The notes below the pieces were generated by a model. It did not search any database and was not told the DNA's origin. It saw nothing but the letters and a program-made list of their open reading frames with translations. A stretch of DNA of 64,000 nucleotides from Octopus sinensis. Lineage: Eukaryota. Made by a program: the position numbers and the translations under genes. This document shows positions 50,250 to 61,280 of the stretch, piece by piece; the stretch's first letter is position 1, and each line of letters begins with the position of its first letter. The DNA is taken from the NCBI RefSeq assembly GCF_006345805.1, contig NC_043001.1, positions 108,686,001 to 108,750,000 on the forward strand, in the 5' to 3' direction.

Positions 50250-50603
50250 GGATCTTTACCTTTTGACCGACAGATTTAAAAAATAATTTTTTGTAACTAA
50301 ACACTTTCAAACTTCGGAAGCTGGTAGAATGTGTCATATAAAATATGCTTTACTCTTAGCATTTTTGAGAAAAACTTATATTTACGAAGTTATTTCACCT
50401 TAAAGTTCTCGTCATTTGATTGGTTGAAATTACCGAAATACGAGAACTTTAAGGTGAAATAACTCCGTAAATATAAGTTTTTCTTAAAAATGCTAAGAGT
50501 AAAACATATTCTATACGACACATTCTACCAGCTTCCGAAGTTTGAAAGAGTTGAGTTACGAAAAAATATTTTTTAAAATCTGTCGGTCAAAAGGTAAAGA
50601 TCC
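50250..50603. mobile_element. Foldback MITE, ~160-bp inverted arms
   Basis: GGATCTTTACCTTTTGACCGACAGATTT ... AAATCTGTCGGTCAAAAGGTAAAGATCC; arms pair up to a ~28-nt loop. Confidence 0.88.
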
Positions 50604-51345
50604 GAAAATTGTAATGAGTTCTACATTAAAATACGATGAAAGAAACAAGAAAAGACAAACTCCAAACTAACAAAAGAAAAGCTCACAGAATTAAATTCTT
50701 GAAACCATTTTATTAGTGCCACATCGCATTTGACTCCTCGAGGATTCTGCTTCCTAGTTGCATGCATTACGTGTTTTGTCCATCAGGGTTTTGTCCTCTC
50801 TGTGTTTAGCCCCTTGTGGGTAGTAAAGAAATAGGGTTTAACTTTTTTTTTCATATTCCTTGTTTTAAAATAATGGATGCAACGTGTCTAAGAACAAAAT
50901 ATTAATTTATTTAGAGTAACGAAGTGGTTAGCAGCTGTAGATCACCGGATTAAATGTCTTAAAATATTGGCTTCAAAAATTGGCACAAGGCCAGCAATTT
51001 TGAGGGGAACGATTAAGTCAATTACATCGACCCCAGCACTGAACTGAAAGGATGAAAGGCAATATCGACCTTGGTGGCATTTGAACTCGGTACGTAAAGA
51101 CGAACGAAATGCTGCCAAGCATTTTGCCCGGTGTGTTAACAATTCTGCCAGCTCGCTGTCTTAAAATGCCTTAAAATATTGTTCAGTTCTTCCAGCTTTT
51201 AAGTTTATAGTCGGCAGCCGGAGTTGACTTAGTTTTGTAGCTCTCTAAAATGTGAAGATATCCATAAGTGCCAGTCGATATTTCTCTCATACACGCTATG
51301 ACCTGTAGCCAATGAACGAAGAATTTTATTTTATTCTTTGGTATA

Positions 51346-53224
51346 TTAATTCCTCGGGCATTTACATCCGCCCCCCTTATTGCTACTACTCAAAGTACTC
51401 GCCCTTTGAAGCATGTCTTTGACAGCTGCTAAACGAGTATTTATGAGTTCAGACATACATTCTTCAACGCATTCTGATTGTATACTCCCAGAATCACTAT
51501 GATCAATATGCGAAGCCGAGTCATCAATGTCCGTCTTTTCACTGTGTACAGATTGATTACGTTTGGATACTGTAATATGTAAACTCTCACTACATCGAGA
51601 TGAAGTTTCTTGGAAATTATTTCGAAACTTAGTACGTGTGTTTTGATTCTTGAATTGATAGGAACCTACCGTTTCGTTGTGCGCGTTCTCTTTAGATATT
51701 TCTTCAAGGTTTGTAGATTTCTGACTAATTTCTCTTGAATGATTCTCTGTCTGGACATCAGTGCTTTTGTATTGGAGAGGAACTGGGTTAGAAATTAGTT
51801 TATTTCGAATGGAACAAACGCAGCTGTTAACGTCATCACCATATAAACTGGATTCCTCGATTCTTGAATCAGGCCTATCAACAGAATTAAAGGATTTCAT
51901 AATCCATTGTTGTGTGTTTGCAGCTTTTGCAGAGATGCTTTCCTCTGACTGAAAGTCAAACAACGATTCAGAGGCTGTGACGAAACCAGATGAGTTAAAC
52001 AAACAATCACCGGAGGCAGAGGTCGAAACTAACCCACCCTCGCGAGTACACGGACAAAGGAAATCTGAAAAGCCGTCATTCGAACTCGAAGTACTTTCTT
52101 GTTTTCTCATTATCGTCTGATCTACCTGAAAAGTGAAATGTTTATTGTGTATAAAGAAAGGACTGAATTTCTCAGCGGCATTACCGAAGTCATTTAGCTG
52201 AAGGTTTTCCGAGTTAGCTTCGCTATTAATATGTGGCACGATCGTTACGGAAGTGAGGGATGCGGTATCAGACGCAAAAAAATGGTCGGGCGGGTGAGGA
52301 AATTCTTCTATTGAATATATAAACTCATCGTCATTCTCTTCGCCATTATTGCGTTGTTCGTCACTCGAACTGCTTAGACTATCATCGTCTTCATTGCCAC
52401 TATCTTCATAAAAAATCAGAGGATTAACTTTAGTTATCATCTGATTATTATCCAACTCCAACGGTAAAACAGTCATATAAAAATTATCGACAGTTTTTGC
52501 CGAGTCCTCATCTTTGACATTACGGAACGACTTTTTACATTTATTCTCCGCTGATTTAAAGGGATTAACTTTTTTATCATTTACATTTCCATAAGCAGCA
52601 GCCGATCCAATAGGATTAATGTTTTCAGAGTCACAATGCTTACACGACAGACGACCAATGTTTCCAATATTAGACGGACAGTTAAAAAAGGATTTGGTGT
52701 TATTTGCTTTGCATTCAGTCGACAAATCTACATTTCCGTTTTGTAACAACGCAAATTCTGATTTATCGGAATGTTGTGACGTCTGTAGCTCTCCTTGTGA
52801 ACAAATTTCCGATTCAATATTTATTTTAGGATATCTTGTTCTATCAACGCTGTCTGTTGATAAAGTGCAGCTTTGCTTCTTTCGTTTTTTTTCCTCTCGA
52901 CGACATTTCCAATTTAAACTAACACGACCCGTTAACCTTTGACACTGACAAGTGTGAGGCGTTTCACTCCAGAAACATGCCGAGTTCACATGGTTTTTCT
53001 CGGTGCATGGCTTTAGCGTACCTGAAGGTTCCTTAATTTCATCTTCTACATCAGAAGCGTAGCCGGTACTCGTGCCAGTACTGGAGTATCTATAAGGGGT
53101 CTCCGACGGTTTGCTACTGTCCCTTTCTCCGCTTCTACTGCATCTGTTGATTTGGCGATCTCGGGTTCCTTGCCGAAAACCGTTGTATTTCTGAATAATG
53201 AGCATTGGACTGCTATCATCTAAC
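51346..53224 (-). CDS. Large, probably terminal exon of an unidentified gene; Ser/Asn/Glu-rich, likely disordered protein (619 aa from the ATG at 53205)
   Basis: 1.86-kb uninterrupted ORF in AT-rich DNA. Acceptor TTTAATTCAACAG|G at 53225/53224; stop TAA at 51348-51346 with AATAAA about 11-21 nt downstream. No family recognised. Confidence 0.8.
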
Positions 53225-53546
53225 CTGTTGAATTAAAGATGGAATAAAAAATTAGAATTATTAAAATATTGGTTTCAAATTTTGGCACGAGGCCAGCAAA
53301 TTCGAGGGAAGGGTTAAGTCGATTATCTCGACCCTACTCTTTTACTCTTTACTTGTTTCAGTTATTTGACTGTGGCCATGCTGGAGCACCACCTTTAGTC
53401 GAGCAAATCAACCCCAGGACTTATTCTTTGTAAGCCTAGTACTTATTCTATCGGTCTCTTTTGCCGAACTGCTATGTTACGGAGACGCAAACACACCAGC
53501 ATCGGTTGTCAAGCGATGTTGGGGGGAACAAACATATGCACACACA

Positions 53547-53582
<36 letters not shown>

Positions 53583-54519
53583 ACACATGTATATACATAT
53601 ATACGACGGGCTTCTTTCAGTTTCCGTCTACCAAGTCCACTCACAAGGCTGGGCGAAATGCTTAGCGGCATTTCGTCTGCCGTTACGTTCTGAGTTCAAA
53701 TATCCGTCAAATATAAATAATGTACAAAATTCCTCATCTCTTAAATATAGAACTGTACTATTTAATCATAAAAAATATAGTATGGCATTTTAAACAGTGA
53801 ATGGCTTGGACGGTGCATCCGGGTAAAATGGATATCAAAGGTGTCCAGAGGTAAAAACGGCTTGAGAACCACTGATGTAGTAGAAGACCAAGTTCCGGGG
53901 GAAGAGGCGGTGAAATTGTCACCGATTGAGTCTCCTCAGTGAATTCCAGGTAATTATCGAATCGCAAAAATCGACCTCGGATGGGATCGAAAGATGATCT
54001 CACAAAGAAAATAAGCCTAAATTTGACAGAGCCTTTTAGTTGCCTTGTATGAGTTTCGCTGACTTAACTGCTATGGAAACTGTAGAATATCCTTTTATTT
54101 ACATTTCTTGAGGAATTCTCGAAGTTTTCTCAGTAAGTCATGAAACAACAATATGTAAAACAGTTTTAGCAAGTCAAATAACAGAGCTGAGATGACATTG
54201 GGGTTTTAAATGTCAATAACGCTATTGACTGTTTATACTAGTCCCACGCTCCAGCTTTTTGAAACTACAATAACAGTAACAAGAAGACTTGGGCTACGCC
54301 AACGGCATGAATGGCGAAGATGCCGTCACGTTTGGTGAGAACTAACATCACGAAGGGAAAATATTTCTAACTAGAAATAATAAACACACACAATAAGCCG
54401 TCAGTTTTCCGTTAAATATAATTCCTGTATTCTGAAGACTTACAGATTAAACTTCGTAGTTTGAAGGCGTAAAATAAAAAATAAAATTGCACTGGTTTGA
54501 CATTTGAAGCCTACCATTG

Positions 54520-54577
<58 letters not shown>

Positions 54578-54761
54578 TATCTACAAATTGAGATAGGGGT
54601 TGTAAATGCAACCCTCCATGGGATAACATATATCCAATATACTGCTAGTGAAGTACCCAACAAAGTTAATACATAAATGTTAAGGATTGCGATGCAATCA
54701 ATTCATCTACTGTATTATATGGGCGAAGGTAAAATGATTTACCACAAATTACTAATATAAG

Positions 54762-54870
<109 letters not shown>

Positions 54871-54915
54871 TCGCCATGATAGATCGTAAGCCACTACACA
54901 CACACACACATATAT

Positions 54916-55250
54916 ACTAGCTTAAGGTGACCCGCTCTACGCGCGGGTAAGAGTGTGGTTCTTACTTTCTGTTTTTCATTACCACATTCTCCTTCTTTGT
55001 TTCTCTCTCCTTTCTCTCTCACTTTCCCACTCTATTACTCTTCCTTTCTCTCGGACTCTCCCTCGCTTTCTCTTACTCTCTATCTTTCTCTATCTCTCTC
55101 ACATTTATAAACCACAAAAGATCTTGAGTAAGTTGAGAAAGTAAAATATTTTGAAAGATCAATCATAAATATCAGGCAGTGACAACGGAAAGGTCTGCTT
55201 CAAGGCAGACAGCAAAACACTAACATTTAAAAAGGACAGACGAACTTGCG
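54916..55250 (-). mobile_element. Helitron-like 3' end
   Basis: Hairpin ACCCGCGCGTAGAGCGGGT followed by CACCTTAAG-CTAGT on the minus strand. Confidence 0.65.
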
Positions 55251-55957
55251 AGCTGAATAAAAATAAAAATAAAATATTGGAAACCAAAGTTTGAAGGGAT
55301 AGAATGTGAGGATAGTAGAGTCACCATGGCTGGCATTTCTTAACGACGGACAGCAACGTAGTAGCAGTTGTATTAACAACAAACAAGATGAGGACAAATA
55401 TCCGTCAAATGTAAATAATGTAAATAATGTACATAATTTCTCATCTCTAAAATATAGAACTGTACTATTTAATCATAAAAATATGGCTTGGACGGTGCAT
55501 CCGGGTAAAATGGACATCAAAGGTGACCATAGGTAAAAACTGGCGTAAAATTTTGAACTTGTAAAAGAAAATTCCTAAACACGAAGTTTTGAAGTGATTC
55601 TTTCTCACAACAGTAGACTCACCATGGCAAGCATTCAAAACTTCTTCATCATGGACGACAACACATTAACGATTTAAAGGCTAGCGCAAATTTTTTAGCT
55701 TGATGTAACAGAGAATTCCTAAACACCCGCTCCTGTAAATTTTAATCACCTTCCAGCCCCATTTAGACCCCTTTTCACATTTTGGTTAATATAACCCGAT
55801 TTCATTCGGGTCTACTCGGGCCACATTTTATAAGATGAGGAATTTTGTCCTAGAGGTGACACCTTTCATTTGAGGAAAAAAATAGTTGTCATGCAAACTT
55901 GCCAGCACTTTTAACATAGGTGTGCATATTTTCAGCACAACCGACCACATAATGCAC

Positions 55958-56034
<77 letters not shown>

Positions 56035-56035
56035 A

Positions 56036-56445
56036 TATTAAATTAGAGATAAAACCACTATTAGGCAAATCAAACAATGAAAAACTTAAGCCAGTACATA
56101 AAATTAATTAATTTATATTATTTTAAATATATATCAAAATTATTAAAAGTTTAATAAAAGATAATGAGTAAAACACTACGATCGTTTCATGGCTGTCCAA
56201 TTCATAATAATTCGAGTTATGGTTACAGTCAATCTTCAGATGATTGAAATATTATAACTCGAATTATTATGAATTGGACAGCCATGAAACGATCGTAGTG
56301 TTTTACTCATTATTTTTATTAAACTTTTAATAATTTTGATATATATTTAAAATAATATAAATTAATTAATTTTATGTATTGGCTTAAGTTTTTCATTGTT
56401 TGATTTGCCTAATAGTGGTTTTATCTCTAATTTAATATAATATAA
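56036..56445. repeat. ~410-bp foldback palindrome (PLE-related inverted ends)
   Basis: 56036-56220 is the near-perfect reverse complement of 56253-56445, with a ~32-nt loop. Related arms occur at 45700-45890 and 56597-56660. Confidence 0.9.
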
Positions 56446-56959
56446 TATTTTACTATAAAATTGGATTCAATCCTAAATCTGATTTTTCCCTGTAAGTTTG
56501 GATTTATTCCCTAATATTTTATTATATATATATATGTGTGTGTGTGTACGCATTATATATACAAATGTATACAAATTATATATATATATATATATTAAAT
56601 TAGAGATAAAACCACTATTAGGCAAATTAAACAGTGAAAAACATAACCCAAAACATAAAAATAAAAATATAATGTACAAAATATATAAAATATAAAATTA
56701 AAAAATTAAAATTATTTAAATTTAAAATTAAAATTATTTAAATTTAAAATTAAAATTATTAATTTATATTTATAATTTAAAAAAATATATATATAACTAT
56801 CAAAAAGTATTAAAAAGTTTAATATACATAAATACAGACATATACACTTTGTATATATACATTATATATATACATATTTATATATAGAACACACACACAC
56901 ACATATATAAATGAACCCAATAAATATCTGATTCATAATATTTGTTCTCATGATTATGT

Positions 56960-57330
56960 GGTGGTGGCGATGATAATTCTCTCTATGAATGCAAACAGAC
57001 GTAGGGAGAGAGAGTGTGTGAAAGCGCTGTTAGACGCCGTTATCGACGTTATATATAGAAAGTGATGGGAAGGGAGGAAAGATAGTGAGTGACAGAGGAA
57101 GACAGATACATAAAAGAATGTGAGTCGACTTGTCAAAGTGCGTTTTTGGCCCTAGCAACGACACCTTTTAAGATAGGGATTTCTAACCTAGCCCACTAAC
57201 ATTCTCACCTCATTTTACATGTCCCTGTAAATTTTGGAGTCAATCCGACAGGGTGTAGTGGCCTTTAAACCGTTCCAGACAAACAAACAAACAAACAAAC
57301 TTTTCGCATTTCAGTTTTATAAATAGAGAT
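56960..57330 (-). mobile_element. Helitron-like 5' portion
   Basis: Minus-strand start TCTCTATTTATAAAACTGAAATGCG followed by (GTTT)n. Confidence 0.5.
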
Positions 57331-57390
57331 ATATATCAGATCGTTAGCCACTACACCCATTTCTTTTCTCTCCTTGTTTTTTCTGTGTCC

Positions 57391-57426
57391 CTTTCTGTTG
57401 AAGAGCGTAGGCTCGAAACGTAAAAG
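57391..57426 (+). ncRNA. Hammerhead-like motif, core CUGUUGA, in repeat 57330-57520
   Basis: CUUU-CUGUUGA-A-GAGC-GUAG-GCUC-GAAAC-GUA-AAAG; stems I and II are perfect, with a GUA cleavage triplet. Confidence 0.55.
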
Positions 57427-57513
57427 ACTTTTTCTATTCCTGCGCGTTATACTAATACATCTGTTTGTTTTTTTACACCACCTGTCTTCGTCTTTTGTTT
57501 TCTCGTAAACTCT

Positions 57514-57566
<53 letters not shown>

Positions 57567-57666
57567 CGTGGTTGACCTTTTTAGTCGTTGGGGGATCGTA
57601 CTGAACAGACTCTAACTTAACAACTAACCCTGCTGTACTTGGGCTCTCTATGTGTATACGCACCGC

Positions 57667-57769
<103 letters not shown>

Positions 57770-58175
57770 CGGTGCTTATACATGAATGCATACATTTGTC
57801 TATGTACGTATGCAAGGTGTGTGTACACACACATATATATGTATATATATGTATATATATACGTGTGTGTGTGTACGTACATACATATATGCATGTATGT
57901 ATATATGTCCATTGGTTAATTCTTACTTTATTTCTTTAAGTCAATATTTGTTCTCCATTCGCTAACATAGGAGGGTACTCACACACTGTCACACTATGCA
58001 CACAAGTATCTCTCTCTCTCTCTCTCGCTCTCTCTCTCTCTCACACACACACACATGCACACACGTACATATACACACAAATGCAAGCGTAGTCAGTTGT
58101 ATAAAAAAGATATATATAAGATTTATTGAAACAAGAGACAGAAGGCGCAACAAGGTCAGCAAAGGTCAGTATACA

Positions 58176-58780
58176 TACACTGCGTTTCAAATTATTAACC
58201 ACGTAACATCTTAAAATTTTATTTAAAAACTACTCGTTGGAATTCAGCGAAATTTCCACAGGACAATGGCGACAGTTATTACATGCGCGTCGTGTGTAAA
58301 AAACGTGAGGTTTGGCGCAAGTGTAAATAAACCGCGGCCATTTGCATAATTTCCATGAACTTTCAGTGTTCCAAATTATAAACGAGTAGTTTGATAATCG
58401 TGTAATTATGGGTCACAAACGTGACCTAACTGCTTCAGAGAAATCTGTTATTACTTCTGGACTTGCAAAAGGTAAATCAACTTTAGAAATATTTAAAATC
58501 ATTGGAAAATATCACCAAACTGTGAAAACATTTGTTACAGCTTCTACGAAGATATGTAAGAGAGCAGACAAGGATCAGTCGAGGGGTGTTTCTCGAAGTT
58601 CTCTGTCGCAAATTAGGCGTGAAGCTGTGAAGAACCAAGGTGTTACAAGTGGAGAACTTTTCAAGTACACTGGCAAAACAGCTGTGTCCAGAAGTGTCCG
58701 ATGTCACTTTCTGAAAAAGGTCAATAAACCAGTGACATCAGTTACAAGAATTCTAATGAAAGAGCCTTGGAGTTAGGTTA
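58176..58780 (+). mobile_element. Truncated Tc1-like element (ORF 58408-58776, N-terminal paired-like HTH region)
   Basis: TACACTGCG TIR-like start; MGHKRDLTASEKSVITSGLAKGKSTLEIFKIIGKYHQTVKTFV...RADK resembles the Tc1 transposase N-terminus; no DDE domain present. Confidence 0.75.
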
Positions 58781-61084
58781 GAAATCGGCCTGTTCTCTAT
58801 TGGCAAGATCTCTTGAAATAAAACTGAATAATGACATACATACATCTGTAAAGTGTAAACATAACAGGCCGGAAATTTGCTTGGGACAGACAAGAAAAAG
58901 GTGGTGAAAGAGTACAGCAGGGTTCACCCCACCTGCCGGAGCTTAGGTGTTTTCATTCAATAAACACACAAAACGCCCGGTTTGGGAATCGAAACCGCGA
59001 TCTTATGACCAAGTGTCCGCTGCTCTAACCACTGGGCCATTGCGTCTCCACTGTTCCTGTGAATACTATAAATATAAAAATAAATGCACCCTTTTAAAGC
59101 CTAACCAGGCTCATGGGCCCGGTTTCCCGGTTTCAATGGCGTCGCAGTGTTACTCATTTTTTCCAGCTGAGTGGACTGGAGCAATGTGAAATGAAGTGTT
59201 TTGCTCAAGAACACAACGCGTCGCCTGGTCCAGGAATCGAAACCACAATCTTACGATCATGATGCTGACACCCTAACCACTAAGCCATGCGCCTCTACTG
59301 TTCCTGTGAAATCTATAGTGATGTATATATTAGCGAATGCGTACAATATGTGACTACCATATCTAAAGAGAGAGAGAAAATTAATGGTGTGTATTTATGC
59401 GTGGGTGTGTACGTGCGCATAAGTGCGTGTGTGGGTGTGTTCGTGTGCATAAGTGCGAGCGCGTGCGTGCACATGGGTGCATATGTATCTATGCATTACC
59501 TTTCAATATCACTAATATCATAATCGTCTGCAAACTCCACCTGTTGTATCCTGATCGGGTGTTCGTGTCGATGTATCGGTAGACATATCGGCCGAGGTCC
59601 TAATGGGGATAGAAAAGAAAGCAATTGGCATTTATTTATTTATTTCTAATTCTTAGAACAAGAAATAGACAAAGCATTATTTCTAATTTTGGCACAAGGC
59701 CGGCAATTTTAAGGGAAGGAGTTAAGTCGATTACATCGACCCCAGTGATTAACTGGTACTTATTTTATCAACCCCGGAATGATGAAAAGTAAAATTGACT
59801 CTGGTAGAATTGTGCACAGAGCCTGAAGAAATGTTGCTAAGTATTTTATCCGTTGTGATAACGATTCTAGCAGCTCATCACCTTTGAAAATAGGTAAATT
59901 ACGGTAGCACGAAAGAGGTGTAATTAATTTAATCCTTTCTACTAGAAGCACAAGGCCTCAAACTTGGGGGACGGAATTAAATCGATTACATCGACTTCAG
60001 TGTGTGACAGGTACTAATTTTATCGACCCCGAGAGGATGAAAGGCAAAGTCGACCTCGGCGGAATTTGAACTCAGAACGTAAAGACAGACGAAATACCTA
60101 TTTCTTTATTACCCACAAGGGGCTAAACATAGAGGGGACAATCAAGGACAGACATAGATATTAAGTCGATTACATCGACCCCAGTGTGTAACTGGTACTT
60201 AATTTATCGACCTCGAAAGGATGAAAGGCAAAGTCGACCTCGGCGGAATTTGAACTCAGAACGTAAAGACAGACGAAATACCGCTACGCTTTTCGCCCGG
60301 TTTGCTAACGTTTCTGCCAGCTCGCTGCCTTTCTAGTAAAATAATATGACAGGAGTCAAGGCTATAGTGTGCATTCGGAGTCAGAATCTCCAGACAAAGG
60401 TTACTTCTACCTTGCCTTCCCCACCCCACGTCTCAGACGCCCTGAAAGAGGTCATGGTTGCAGACGTTCCTTTTATGACTAAGCTCCAGTAAAAACCAAA
60501 AACAAAAATAGACTCTAAAAAGCAAACTCAATGTGAAATAAGTCAATTGACAATGTCCCTAAGACCAACAAAAGACGAAGGGAAAGTATATAATATAACA
60601 TTGAGGTTGCGGTCTGTGATCATTCTGCTTCCTATTCTGTTACATAATTCTTTCTACCACAGGCATGGTGGAGGCGCATGGCTTAGTGGTTAGGATGTTT
60701 GACTCATGATCGTAAGATTGAGGTTTCCATTCCTGCGACTGCCACATTAAGGTGTATATTTAATTAAAATTATTATTTACGATTATTTAAGGCAAGCAAA
60801 ACGCAAATTCTTTTCACTTTAATGTTTTTCTCTGTATTTAATTTCGATTTGCATATGTTCGTCAATTCGCAACGATCTCTTTAAAATAAACAAAATCAAG
60901 AATTTGAAGGCGGGGAGTGATTTTATTTTTTTGCATATTCGTAATCTCCGATATCTAAAACGTAAGAATCCGAAAAACTTTTTTTCTTCAAAATAATGCA
61001 TTTTTCAAGAAGTGCGAAACTGTTTTAGCCCCAAAATCTTATATGGACCCGCAAGGATTATATGGAACCCGGTTGAAAACCACT

Positions 61085-61280
61085 GCCTTAACTGGTGGAG
61101 CCAGTCGTTGGGGTGCCATTCTAGGCGCTTTCGTAGTCAGCCGTCGCCACTGGTTTCCATTCTTTGTCATGCGTAGCAGGTTCGCAACGTTTTGACCTGA
61201 CCAATCCTTGATGTTGTCAAGCCAGGATCTTCTCTGGCTCTTTTTCGCCCTCCTTCAACTCTTCCCTGATGAGTGCTCAT
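61085..61280 (-). mobile_element. RTE LINE C-terminal fragment
   Basis: QGRVEGGRKKSQRRSWLDNIKDWSG...QWRR. Confidence 0.65.

Noticed and set aside
58408-58776. Active or domesticated Tc1 transposase
   Set aside because: Only the N-terminal DNA-binding part remains; no DDE domain or right TIR is seen.
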